NCBI GenBank assembly: GCA_965217775.1 | Contig: CBDCJH010000002.1 | Location: forward strand, 4,544,001 to 4,608,000 | From: Acidobacteriota bacterium | GTDB lineage: Bacteria; Acidobacteriota; UBA6911; RPQK01; JAJDTT01 | DNA: 64,000 bases | Direction: 5' to 3' | Shown: positions 38,176 to 56,369 of the stretch, piece after piece | How the letters are laid out: each line of letters opens with the position of its first letter | Position numbering within the stretch: position 1 is the stretch's first letter | The notes under the pieces: generated by a model | Databases searched by the model: none | The model's input: the letters and a program-made list of their open reading frames with translations, nothing else | What the model was told of the DNA's origin: nothing | Translations under genes and position numbers: made by a program

Positions 38176-40803
38176 TCAACAAGACTTGGAAGCACTCGTT
38201 CCCATCCTCTTCCGAATACGGTCGCGGATATCCGTAGCGACCTCAAGCACTTCCACCGGCGCGCGAACCTTCTCCCCGGCATGCTGACGCAGAGCAACGA
38301 CGAGGGGCGCCATGGCATCAGATTTCGCCTTGTCGGCGGTCATTATCTCAACAAGTTCATGCGCTCGCGCGCCGGTTGCAATCAAGTTTGGCACAACGCG
38401 TAGCATGGCGTGCATTGCAACTTCGTCGCAGGGGGTGAAAGCAGCATATGCGGAGATGAAAGCGTCCATGGCAGCTCGACGTCTTTTCTGGACCATTCGC
38501 GCCATAGTCCGTACACACATTGCATGCAACTTAAACCAATTTATGCCGTCTCCCTCCAAAGTACAGAATTCTCGTTCGAGTTCTTCGCAATCCTGGAGAG
38601 CTTCTTCTGCGCGACCGGTCTCGGCCAAACGCATACCCCTGAGACTCAGTGCGATGGCGACGTGGGTCCGGATACCCGACGGGCCGTCATCGAAACGGTC
38701 GAGCACCTCGCCGTACGCGGCAATTTCTCCCCCACGCTCACCCAGTTGTCCCAGCCTAGCTCCTTTGCCGATCAAAGCAACGGCCACCGACCTCTGGAGT
38801 TCAATATCATCACAGTCGGCGAAACACTCGATGACCTCGTCATACACAGCAATCGAACCCGCCGGATTGCCGCACCGCACAAGTGCATTTCCTTTTTTTA
38901 GCGATACAGAAGCCACCGTTACTCGGACTTCAATCTCACCACTGTCGCCGAGTCGTTCGACTGCTTCGTCGTAGGCTGCGATCGCCGTCTCGAAATCGCC
39001 GAGTTTTTCCTGTGCGGATCCCTTCTCGACCAACGCCGCAACGATGGCCTCTTGAAATGGCGGCCGCTCAATGTTGCCAAAGCGCCGGATCACATCCTCA
39101 CAGGTTGCAATCGCCGCCCCATATTCGCCGATTTCGAAGCGTGCTCTTGCCCCGATGACCAATGCTTCAGCGAGTCGCGCCAAACGCGTAACGTTGCCGC
39201 TGTCGCCAAATCGGTCGACCATCTCCGTGCAAACGGCAATCACGCCACGATAATCCGCCAAGTTGTGAAGCGCGCAGGCCTTCATATGCAACAGGTAATC
39301 GATGATCCGTTCCTGAGAACGATCCGGACCCGTCTCCAGCGAGGCGGCAAACCCGTCAACGATCTCGACGACCCTCTCGAATGACTTCTCCGCGAATGCC
39401 GTATTGATCTCTTTCTCGATACACGATTCAGCCATGCTCCAATAACGCGCTGTAGCTTGGTCCGATACCATTTGGATGGCATCCCATTTCGTTCCGGAGG
39501 CACCATCCTCACCGGGAGGCCGGTCCGAGAGCGCCCGCGCGAATCCTTTGCGAAAGGCTGCAGATTCCGCCACCTCTGAAGTGAGACGAGCGGACATCTC
39601 ATGCAGTTCGCCGACCCCGTAGAACGCCACCATGAAATGGATCAGATCCCGTACGATGACAACGTCATCGCGCTCGCGCCGCAACTTGAAGTAAATGCTG
39701 TAGAGACGCTCTGCGGCGGCGTACCGGAGCTTCCTGCCGCGACCTTCCCGGGTCACCACGCCGCGATTGACCAATCGCCCGAGCAAGGCCGATACGGTAC
39801 GGATGTCCATTCGGGCCCTCGCTGCGACCTCGCCGGCGCTCGACGGTCTCCAGAGATCGAGCACAGCTAGATAGACGCGGCGTTCGGTCTTCGCCAAGGC
39901 GTTCAGATGGCCACGGAAATACTCGGTATGGTCGTCGATCAGCGTAACCATATCTTCCATGAGCTGACGGAGAGAGCGATGTCGACTGAATCCAGCTACG
40001 ATGACCAGCAGACGGGGACTACCTCCGGTCAGAATCTCAAGGGGCCTGACCTCTCGGCCGCTCACAGTGTCGCCACTGACGACCTGCCACAAGCGACGGC
40101 ATTCCTCGGTCCTCAAAGGTTCGAGATCAATGATCCTGAAAAGCTCGAAGAACGGATGGCTTGCATCGTTCAGACCTCGAAAATGACTGGTGGCGGAACC
40201 CAACAGTATGATTTGTGGTTCGGACTGCAGAACGCCTCGAAGCTTCCAGCCAAAATCACGGTCCACATCCTGTGTTAGTGACTGCAGGTTCTCGACCATG
40301 AGAACGAGCCTTCTGTCCAGGCGGTCCGCCGCCTCCAGGACCGCGGCCCGGGCAGCCTCCCCCAACGTCGCCTCACGCCAGCGGCCGGCCAGTACCGCGT
40401 GGGTTTGGCGCAGTTGCCACGCGAGTTCGGAATCACTCGAGGAGATCTCTCTCGCCAAGTGGAACAGCGTCTCCAGCCAGAAATCGGTCATATTGAAGAT
40501 TTCCTGGCTTTCTTCCATGAATCGGACCGGAAACAGCCGATTGGACAGCGCGTCATTCGTCCGCATCTCGGCGGCGGTGCGAGCCAGAAGCATGGTTTTT
40601 CCGCGACCCCGAGGTCCGACGACCAGAACGTGCTGGCAGGACGCCGATTGGATGTTTCCGCGCAAGACCTCGAGCAGGATGCCAAGTTCGGGGTCCCGGA
40701 CAACGAATTGCGCAATCAATTCCTGATCGGATTGGAACGTCCCTGGATTGAATTTTCGGATCGTCGTACCGGCTGATCGGATCATCGAGCCTACTCCGGA
40801 CAT
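38176..40803 (-). CDS. STAND-like P-loop ATPase + winged HTH + TPR-like repeats
   Basis: VVGPRGRGKT, variant Walker B LVLMVENL, GGSPR, MarR-like wHTH (SALLGRLVNRGVV), repeated AL..KG...LG....IA.YDEV..RF units; lower GC. Confidence 0.8.
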   Translation of the reverse strand: MSGVGSMIRSAGTTIRKFNPGTFQSDQELIAQFVVRDPELGILLEVLRGNIQSASCQHVLVVGPRGRGKTMLLARTAAEMRTNDALSNRLFPVRFMEESQEIFNMTDFWLETLFHLAREISSSDSELAWQLRQTHAVLAGRWREATLGEAARAAVLEAADRLDRRLVLMVENLQSLTQDVDRDFGWKLRGVLQSEPQIILLGSATSHFRGLNDASHPFFELFRIIDLEPLRTEECRRLWQVVSGDTVSGREVRPLEILTGGSPRLLVIVAGFSRHRSLRQLMEDMVTLIDDHTEYFRGHLNALAKTERRVYLAVLDLWRPSSAGEVAARARMDIRTVSALLGRLVNRGVVTREGRGRKLRYAAAERLYSIYFKLRRERDDVVIVRDLIHFMVAFYGVGELHEMSARLTSEVAESAAFRKGFARALSDRPPGEDGASGTKWDAIQMVSDQATARYWSMAESCIEKEINTAFAEKSFERVVEIVDGFAASLETGPDRSQERIIDYLLHMKACALHNLADYRGVIAVCTEMVDRFGDSGNVTRLARLAEALVIGARARFEIGEYGAAIATCEDVIRRFGNIERPPFQEAIVAALVEKGSAQEKLGDFETAIAAYDEAVERLGDSGEIEVRVTVASVSLKKGNALVRCGNPAGSIAVYDEVIECFADCDDIELQRSVAVALIGKGARLGQLGERGGEIAAYGEVLDRFDDGPSGIRTHVAIALSLRGMRLAETGRAEEALQDCEELEREFCTLEGDGINWFKLHAMCVRTMARMVQKRRRAAMDAFISAYAAFTPCDEVAMHAMLRVVPNLIATGARAHELVEIMTADKAKSDAMAPLVVALRQHAGEKVRAPVEVLEVATDIRDRIRKRMGTSASKSC

Positions 40804-42026
40804 TCTTGATCCAACCGGCGGCCTTCAAGCGGAGTATGGTGATCGCGGAAGCGAGCCGACCACCAGTCCATCAGCAAGCGGGACGGAAAGCGAAATCCAT
40901 CGTTACCGGCTTCAAGGTAGCCATCGTGCACCAAGACTTCGAGCACGTCCGAGATTCTCCCGGATACATTGTCGACTACAGCGGAATAGATTCGTGCAAG
41001 GTGTCTCCTCGCAGACGGTGAAAACACCCGTTGGGTCGACGCCTCGGCGAGAATCTCCATGGCGATCGAGTAGCTCGGATCGTCCAATCCCTCCTTGAGG
41101 CGTGTCTCGTAATGCACAAGATCGTTCTGTCCCGTAGGGCCGAGAAGGTCGGTGCGATAGACTTCGCCGACGTCATTTTCGGTGACCTGTTCCCGTCCAT
41201 GGATTGTGGCGAAATCCCGGACGCGCGCGAAGAAGGATTGGACGTGGTGGGGAATCCCGATGCCAAGCGCCTCGTATACGGCACCTGGCACACCGTCCTC
41301 GAATCGCAATCCAGAACTTTCTGCGAGGCGCCGGAAACATGCGACACTGGTTTCACGGTCCCACGGGCCTAACCGAACGGGATCCAGATGGTTGATGCGA
41401 TCAGGGATGCCGAGCGTCGTTACGAGTGGACCGAGCCCGATGCTGCCGGACACGATGACGACCAGGGACCCGACCTCGACTCTTTGAAGCTCGCCCCGCA
41501 GCCAACTGAGGAACTCATCGACCCGTCGGGGCCCATCTTCATGCCGAAGCATGCGTTTGAGAAAGATTGGTAGTTCGTCAATCACAAGAAGCACCGGCTT
41601 GTCGTGGGAGGCGCATGCATGAAGCAACTCTCCTCCATGGCGCCGCCAACTTCCGGCATCCAGTCCGGCACGGATCTTGACGCGAAAATCCAGGGCGCCG
41701 ATTTCTTCCAGGCCTCCGGTCACCCAGCGTTTCATCGTCGTGGCGAAACGTGATGAAATCGCGCGAACCGGATGCACCGCCCGTGCAATATCGGCGATCG
41801 CGTCCTCCGGACAGGTTGCTCCCTCTACATCGGTGAAAAGGAAGATCCAACCTTCGGCTTCGAGCCGCCGACCCAGTTCTCTGGCAATGCTAGTCTTTCC
41901 CATACGCCGCTGTCCCGTCAGCAACACATGGTTACCATCGCAGACTCGGGCTTTCAGTACCCGCAACTCGGATTCTCGATCGAAGAAATCGTCCCCGCTT
42001 ACCCAGCGGCCCGTCGATAACCTCAT
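40791..42026 (-). CDS. STAND-like/archaeal-type AAA ATPase with C-terminal wHTH, no effector
   Basis: FFDRESEL, LTGQRRMGKTS, LVIDELP, VSGS, LEVLVHDGYL...LLMDWW; GAAGGA RBS before ATG at 42026. Confidence 0.8.
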   Translation of the reverse strand: MRLSTGRWVSGDDFFDRESELRVLKARVCDGNHVLLTGQRRMGKTSIARELGRRLEAEGWIFLFTDVEGATCPEDAIADIARAVHPVRAISSRFATTMKRWVTGGLEEIGALDFRVKIRAGLDAGSWRRHGGELLHACASHDKPVLLVIDELPIFLKRMLRHEDGPRRVDEFLSWLRGELQRVEVGSLVVIVSGSIGLGPLVTTLGIPDRINHLDPVRLGPWDRETSVACFRRLAESSGLRFEDGVPGAVYEALGIGIPHHVQSFFARVRDFATIHGREQVTENDVGEVYRTDLLGPTGQNDLVHYETRLKEGLDDPSYSIAMEILAEASTQRVFSPSARRHLARIYSAVVDNVSGRISDVLEVLVHDGYLEAGNDGFRFPSRLLMDWWSARFRDHHTPLEGRRLDQECPE

Positions 42027-42060
42027 TCCTTCGTTCCCCTTCAGCGAACACATTAGAACA

Positions 42061-42092
42061 TTCAACAAATCTGTCGTCAACAAATTTGTTGA
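42061..42092. promoter_or_regulatory. putative operator upstream of the ATPase pair
   Basis: Perfect palindrome TCAACAAATTTGTTGA (42077-42092) plus an extra half-site TTCAACAAAT (42061-42070). Confidence 0.5.
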
Positions 42093-42177
42093 ATTGATTT
42101 GGGTTGCCCAAGGGTCGCATCCATGGGCTCGGGTGCTTTTGGCCTCCTCGAATTTTCCAGCTTCGCGAGCTGCCCCC

Positions 42178-42332
42178 TCCGTTCCGCCATGCAGACCGGC
42201 CAGTCCGGAAGCGGATGTGCACGCTGAATCAGAGCTTGGCCAAGCTGTTCCACGCCGGCCGGATCTCCTACGAAACCTGCCTGGAGGTCTCGCCGGACGC
42301 TGCCGATCTGCGGCGGTGCCTGGAGCGGCGGT
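42178..42332 (+). repeat. duplicate of the pilT 3' end (37863-38018)
   Basis: 155 bp; last 97 bp identical, 5' part has mostly synonymous changes and a 1-bp deletion; runs into a REP hairpin (42322-42344). Confidence 0.95.
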
Positions 42333-42407
42333 TTCCTAACCGCCGGACTCCAGAGTAAGCGCAGGGCAAAGAAGAAAACCCGCGGAGGAGAATCGGGGAT
42401 TAGCGGA

Positions 42408-43571
42408 ATGGGCGACTGGAAATCGCCCCTCCTGTTCATGTTTTTCCAACCCCAAACGTTACCAGTATCAGTGGCCATTCCAGACGGGCGGGGGTTTCGT
42501 CCCCGCCGCATTGCACAGGCTCGAATCGGAAGGATCTCGACCCGGCAACTGTCTCTGTTCACGCGGCAGGTGTCGGTGATGTTGGGGGCGGGCGTCTCGT
42601 TGGTTTCGGCGCTGCAGAACCTGGCCCAACAGGAGGAGAACCGCGCCCTGGGGTCCACTCTGCGCCAGATCCGTTACGACGTGGAGTCCGGGTCGACTCT
42701 GGCCGCAGCACTGGAACGCCACCCCCGTGTCTTCGACCCTCTTTTCGTCAACATGGTCCGGGCGGGGGAGACGGGTGGATTTCTGGATACGGTGTTCAAG
42801 CGCCTCACCCGGTTCCTGGAAAAGAGGCTCCAGTGGCGCAAGGCGGTGCTCTCGGCCTCTCTCTATCCGTCGGTCGTCATCGTGACTTCGTTCCTGGTTC
42901 TGGGCGTCATCCTGGTCTGGGTGATCCCGGTCTTCGCGTCCCTCTTCGCCAATCTGGACGTCCCCCTCCCGTTGCCGACGCGGATGGTCATGGGAGCCAG
43001 CGGGTTCCTGAGCCGGTGGGGACTGCCCCTGAGCCTGGGGGCGGGGGCGGCGGCATTGTCGGGTGGATTCTACGTCCGCACGGCCAAGGGACGGATGTGG
43101 ATGGATCGATTGATCCTGGCGGCCCCGCTGGTGGGCTCGGTGACGACCCAACTCCTGACGGCCCGTTTCGCACGGACCCTTTCCACGCTCCTTTCCAGCG
43201 GAGTCCCCATCCTGGAAGCGATGGACCTGACGGCGCGAGCCCTGGGGAATGTCCGGTTTCAAGAGACGGTGCTGGCGCTCCGGCGTGAGGTCGAGTCGGG
43301 GAGCGCCTTGGCGGAACCATTCCGGCACAGCGGCCTCTTTCCCCAGATGGCGTCGGAGATCATCCGGATCGGGGAATTGACGGGCACATTGGACGACATG
43401 CTCCTGAAACTGGCCGTCTACTACGAGGAGGAGGCGGACACCAGCATCAACCGTTTTCTGGCGCTGCTGGAACCCATGATGATGTTGATCTTGGGCATCG
43501 TCGTCGGCGGCATGGTCCTGTCCATGTACCTGCCGATTTTCAGTCTGATGGGACGTTTGTCCCAGATGTAG
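42408..43571 (+). CDS. pilC: type IV pilus/T2SS platform protein (PilC/GspF)
   Basis: FTRQVSVMLGAG, NMVRAGETGG, SASLYP, LSSGVPIL, IGELTGTLDDML, LEP, MYLPIF; start uncertain (first codons are REP sequence). Confidence 0.88.
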   Translation: MGDWKSPLLFMFFQPQTLPVSVAIPDGRGFRPRRIAQARIGRISTRQLSLFTRQVSVMLGAGVSLVSALQNLAQQEENRALGSTLRQIRYDVESGSTLAAALERHPRVFDPLFVNMVRAGETGGFLDTVFKRLTRFLEKRLQWRKAVLSASLYPSVVIVTSFLVLGVILVWVIPVFASLFANLDVPLPLPTRMVMGASGFLSRWGLPLSLGAGAAALSGGFYVRTAKGRMWMDRLILAAPLVGSVTTQLLTARFARTLSTLLSSGVPILEAMDLTARALGNVRFQETVLALRREVESGSALAEPFRHSGLFPQMASEIIRIGELTGTLDDMLLKLAVYYEEEADTSINRFLALLEPMMMLILGIVVGGMVLSMYLPIFSLMGRLSQM

Positions 43572-43739
43572 GCCCGGAATGGGAAATTGTTCTCGTGGAT
43601 ACGCGGGCGGGGACGTTTCATACTATGCAAGGATGAAGCAGCAAGCGAGGATGAAATAACGATGCTCCATCGAACCAGGATCTTTCCGGTGTCCGACTGC
43701 GGAGACCGGATCCGAAAGGAGTCCGGCAGTTCCGACTCG

Positions 43740-44228
43740 ATGCCCTCTCACTCCCCCCGGAACGGAGCTGCCGGATTCTCTCTGATCGAACTCATGATCG
43801 TGGTGGCCGTCATCGGGATCATCTCCATTCTGGCGGTTCCCAATTTCATGAGCGCCCGGCTCTTCGCCAATGAGACCTCGGCCATCGCCTCCCTGCGGGT
43901 CACCGTCACCAGCGAGATCACGTATGCCTCCACCGTGGGAAACGGATCCTTTGCGAGCACGGAGGAACTCGTGGCGCAGGGACTCATCGACTCGGCTCTG
44001 GGGTCCGGCACCAAGGACGGCTACAACCTGACCCTGACGGCGGACGGTACCAGCGGATTCACGGTCACCGCCGTTCCCATCACGGTAGGATCGACCGGAC
44101 AGCGGGGATTCTACGCCGATCAGACCGGCGTGATCCGATACAGCGGCGACGGATCGGCTCCGACCGCGGCCAGTCCCGCATTGGGCACCGAAACCCCCGC
44201 AACAGAGGAAGAAACCGACTCAGATTAG
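43740..44228 (+). CDS. type IV pilin (prepilin N-methylation signal)
   Basis: G^FSLIELMIVVAVIGIISILAVP, ANETSAIASLR, FYADQTGVIR; alternative start at 43662. Confidence 0.9.
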   Translation: MPSHSPRNGAAGFSLIELMIVVAVIGIISILAVPNFMSARLFANETSAIASLRVTVTSEITYASTVGNGSFASTEELVAQGLIDSALGSGTKDGYNLTLTADGTSGFTVTAVPITVGSTGQRGFYADQTGVIRYSGDGSAPTAASPALGTETPATEEETDSD

Positions 44229-44277
44229 TGGCGGCTTTCTTGCCGCCGACTAGGGAGGATCAGGGGGGACGGAGTCC

Positions 44278-45644
44278 CATAAGAGCTAACCTGATTGCCT
44301 GACCACTGTCTTGTATAGTGTGGGCATGAGCCAAACGGTAGTAAAAGCGGCTACGAATGAGGACTGGAACCTGCTGGTGTCGTTTTTCCCAGCCAATTGG
44401 CTGGATCTGGCGGCCTCGACCGGAGCCCTGAAGGGCCTGCGCAAGGACAAGTCGCCGGAAAACCTGCTACGGACCCTGCTGATCCATCTCGGCTGCGGGC
44501 ATTCCTTGCGCGAAACCGTGGTGCGGGCCCGGCAAGCGAGCCTGGCCGATTTGTCCGACGTGGCCCTGCTCAAGCGGCTGCGGAAATCCCGCGAATGGCT
44601 CTACGCCCTCTGCCTGGAACTGTTCCGGGAGCATGGGATCGCGGTTTCCAAGAACGCCGGCTTCCAAGTGCGGGCGTTCGATGCGACGACCGTGCGCGAG
44701 CCCGGCCGGACCGGGTCGGTGTGGCGCCTTCACTACAGCGTCAACCTGCCTTCGCTCGGCTGCGATTTCTTCAAGCTGACCGCGACGCAGGGGCGCGGCA
44801 CCGGCGAGTCGTTCACGCAGTTCCCGATCCGGTCGGGCGATTACGTGCTGGCCGACCGCGGCTACTCGACTGCGGTCGGGATTCAGCACGTCGCGGCTGG
44901 CGGAGGGTACGTGACGGTGCGCGTGAACACCGGATCGCTGCTGCTGGAAACCGAGGCTGGCCAAGCGTTCGACCTGCTCGCAGCCGTGGAAACGCTGTCG
45001 CGACCGGGGCCTGTCGGTAGTTGGAGAGTCCGCACCGTGGCCCGGGCCGGGCCCCCCCTGGCGGGCCGGATCTGTGCGGTGCGCAAGACCGACGAAGCCA
45101 TCGAAGTCGCGCATGCCAAGATCCGCCGAACGGCTCAGCGCAAGGGCAAGCAGGTCCGGCCCGAAACCCTGCGGTTCGCGCGCTTCGTCATCGTTTTCAC
45201 AACCTACCCAGTGGAGAAATTCCCTGCGGCCGAGGTGCTGGAGTGGTACCGCCTGCGCTGGCAAGTCGAACTGGTCTTCAAGCGCTTCAAGTCCCTGGCG
45301 CAGCTCGGGCACCTGCCGAAGCACGATGAGGCAAGCGCCCAGGCCTGGTTGTACGGCAAGCTGCTGGTGGCGCTGCTGGTCGAAAAGGTGGTCCGCCATG
45401 CACGGACCATTTCTCCCTGGGGATACGACGTCGCGACCGGACAGGACTCCCAGCCCGTGGCGTGACTTCAAATTCGCATTGAACCAAGTCACGCGAGCCC
45501 GCGAGCCATCGAGCCGGCGTATTCCCTAAAACGCATGGTCGCGGAATGGAGCGAAATCTCGGCGTCCCTGGTAGAACCTCCACGGAGAAGGTCCGATCAC
45601 GTTGACAGCCACTTTTCGGGCCATTATTCAAGTTAGCTCTTATG
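44278..45644 (+). mobile_element. IS4-family insertion sequence (IS186/IS421-like), 1367 bp
   Basis: IRs CATAAGAGCTAAC(C/T)TGA; 11-bp target duplication GGACGGAGTCC (44267-44277, 45645-45655). Confidence 0.93.
44326..45465 (+). CDS. IS4-family DDE transposase
   Basis: LSDVALLKRLR, FDAT, LADRGY, YRLRWQVELVFKRFKS (Y-R-E-K motif). Confidence 0.93.
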   Translation: MSQTVVKAATNEDWNLLVSFFPANWLDLAASTGALKGLRKDKSPENLLRTLLIHLGCGHSLRETVVRARQASLADLSDVALLKRLRKSREWLYALCLELFREHGIAVSKNAGFQVRAFDATTVREPGRTGSVWRLHYSVNLPSLGCDFFKLTATQGRGTGESFTQFPIRSGDYVLADRGYSTAVGIQHVAAGGGYVTVRVNTGSLLLETEAGQAFDLLAAVETLSRPGPVGSWRVRTVARAGPPLAGRICAVRKTDEAIEVAHAKIRRTAQRKGKQVRPETLRFARFVIVFTTYPVEKFPAAEVLEWYRLRWQVELVFKRFKSLAQLGHLPKHDEASAQAWLYGKLLVALLVEKVVRHARTISPWGYDVATGQDSQPVA

Positions 45645-45703
45645 GGACGGAGTCCCCACTCTACACTTTCCGGCTACCGAATCGCGTAGTAATACATAAG
45701 AGT

Positions 45704-45778
45704 GGGCGACAAGAAAGTCGCCCCTCCAGTGGGCGACAGGAAAGTCGCCTCTCCAATGGGGGACAGGGATGTCCCCTC
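45704..45778 (-). repeat. 3 REP-like hairpins after the rpoC stop
   Basis: GGGCGACAAGAAAGTCGCCCCTCC variants at about 28-bp spacing. Confidence 0.8.
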
Positions 45779-45785
45779 TTCGGCG

Positions 45786-50003
<4,218 letters not shown>

Positions 50004-50061
50004 AGCTTTCCTCCCAAACAGTGTCAGCGAACGCGCACCGGGACGCTCAGGCGTCCAGGGG

Positions 50062-54381
<4,320 letters not shown>

Positions 54382-54620
54382 GCGCAAAAACTCCCAGGTT
54401 GGTCCGGCCACACCCGGTCAACGGGAAACTTCTCCCGCGACCCAGCCGGCGATATGAAGAAATCCAGACATTGGAACGTGCTCGCCCCGCCGGCGAGAGA
54501 CACCTGAAACCCGGGCACCCGTGAGCCACCCCACATGCGCTGTGGGGTCGGGGTACCTCTTCGGTCCCGGGGGAGACCCTTGACCCGAGCCGCCGGTCCG
54601 CTCCCCCGACGGGACCGCTT

Positions 54621-54998
54621 CTACTTGAGCTCGATGGTCGCGCCAGCGTCCTCGAAGAGCTTCTTGATCTTCTCGGCTTCTCCCTTGTCCACGGCTTCGC
54701 GAACCGCCTTGGGAGCACTCTCCACCAAGTCCTTGGCTTCCTTCAATCCCAAAGTGGTGACTTGGCGGACCACCTTGATGACATTGATCTTCTTGGCTCC
54801 GTAGGAGGTGAGGACCACGTCGAACTCGGTCTGCTCCTCGACGGCCTCGGCTGCGGCCCCCGGACCGGCAGCGGCGACGGGAGCCGCCACGGCGGCGCTG
54901 ATCCCGAATTTCTCCTCCATGTCCTTGACGAGCTGATTGATCTCGAGGATTGACGCGTTGCCAACCCACTCCAGAATTTGTGCACTGGTAATGGACAT
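54621..54998 (-). CDS. rplL: 50S ribosomal protein L7/L12
   Basis: [30 protein letters not shown]. Confidence 0.98.
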   Translation of the reverse strand: MSITSAQILEWVGNASILEINQLVKDMEEKFGISAAVAAPVAAAGPGAAAEAVEEQTEFDVVLTSYGAKKINVIKVVRQVTTLGLKEAKDLVESAPKAVREAVDKGEAEKIKKLFEDAGATIELK

Positions 54999-55040
54999 CT
55001 CTCTTTAACCTCCAATGAGGGACCTGACGGTCCTTTCCGA

Positions 55041-55562
55041 TTACGCTTCCTCTTTCTGCTCGACGACCTGCGTCAACAGCGACCCCAACTGGGTGAGAGG
55101 GGACTGCAGGGTGCTGGCGAGGCGAGTCAGCGGCGCATTGAACAAAAAGGCAACCTTGGCCAGGAGCTCTTCGCGCGAGGGCATGTCGGCCAGTTCCGCC
55201 ACTTGGCCGGCCGGCACGGCTTGCCCTGCAACCACTCCCGACTTGAATTTCATGCCCGGATGGGAATCGGCGAATTCCTTGAGGACCTTGGCCAGCGAGG
55301 TGGGATCCGAATCCGAGAAGGCCACTGCGGTGGGCCCTTGGAAATCGTCGTTCAACTGGTTGACGGGGGTCTCTTCGGCGGCGCGGATGGCCAGGGTGTT
55401 CTTGACCACCCGGTAACCGTTGCCCGACTCCCTGATCTGCCTCCGCAACGCGGTCAGATCCGGAACGTTGATTTCCGAGAACGTCAACAGCAGAACGGTC
55501 TGATTCTGCTGGAAGGTCTGCCTGAGTGCCTCGATGATCTGTCTTTTTTCGTCCCGTGTCAC
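55041..55562 (-). CDS. rplJ: 50S ribosomal protein L10
   Basis: VVKNTLA, GPTAVAF, LADMPSREELLA. Confidence 0.97.
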   Translation of the reverse strand: MTRDEKRQIIEALRQTFQQNQTVLLLTFSEINVPDLTALRRQIRESGNGYRVVKNTLAIRAAEETPVNQLNDDFQGPTAVAFSDSDPTSLAKVLKEFADSHPGMKFKSGVVAGQAVPAGQVAELADMPSREELLAKVAFLFNAPLTRLASTLQSPLTQLGSLLTQVVEQKEEA

Positions 55563-55664
55563 TGCAATCTGCCTCTTCCTTCAGGCGGGGTCCCGCGGGA
55601 TCCGATCCGGGCCGCCGGTGCCGCCGGACGACCCGGTCCGGCGCCTGCGGCCTGGGGCTCGCCC
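55563..55664 (-). promoter_or_regulatory. possible L10 leader (autoregulatory RNA)
   Basis: Position between rplA and rplJ; GC-rich pairing GCAGGCG...CGCCTG; fit to the consensus not verified. Confidence 0.35.
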
Positions 55665-56354
55665 CTACGTCACCTCCACACGGTTGGCGTCCACCTTCAC
55701 CCCGGGACTCATGGTGGACGAAAGGTAGACGGTCCTGAGGTACCGTCCCTTGGCCGCCGCCGGCCGGGCCCGAACCACCGCCGTGATCAGGCTGCGGGCG
55801 TTGTTGACCAAATGGTCGGCGGAGAATGAAATCTGCCCCAAGGGGGCATGGATGACGCCGTTCTTGTCCACCCGGAACTCCACCTTTCCGGCTTTGATCT
55901 CCTGCACGGCATGGCTCACGTCGAAGGTCACGGTGCCCGCCTTGGGATTGGGCATCATTCCCCGGGGACCCAGGATTCTCCCCAGTCTCCCCACCAGCTT
56001 CATCATGTCGGGGGTGGCCACCACGGCGTCGAAGTCGAGCCAACCCTTCTGAATGCGCTCCACGATCTCGTCGCCGCCCACATGGTCGGCGCCGGCTTCC
56101 TCCGCCTCCTTCACTCGCTCTCCCGAGGCGATCACGCAGACCGTCAGCGCCTTGCCCAGACCGTGGGGCAGCACCACCGTGCCCCGGACCATCTGGTCCG
56201 CGTGGCGGGGATCGACGCCGAGACGGAGTGCAATCTCCAAGGTCTCGTCGAACCTGGTGAACTTGATCCGCTGCAGGAGTGGGATCGCGTCCTCCAGCGA
56301 GTATTCCCGGGGTTCGACCTTCTGCTTCGCTTCCAGGTATTTTTTTCCCGCCAT
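55665..56354 (-). CDS. rplA: 50S ribosomal protein L1
   Basis: [36 protein letters not shown]. Confidence 0.98.
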   Translation of the reverse strand: MAGKKYLEAKQKVEPREYSLEDAIPLLQRIKFTRFDETLEIALRLGVDPRHADQMVRGTVVLPHGLGKALTVCVIASGERVKEAEEAGADHVGGDEIVERIQKGWLDFDAVVATPDMMKLVGRLGRILGPRGMMPNPKAGTVTFDVSHAVQEIKAGKVEFRVDKNGVIHAPLGQISFSADHLVNNARSLITAVVRARPAAAKGRYLRTVYLSSTMSPGVKVDANRVEVT

Positions 56355-56369
56355 CCGGAGTGCTCCTGA

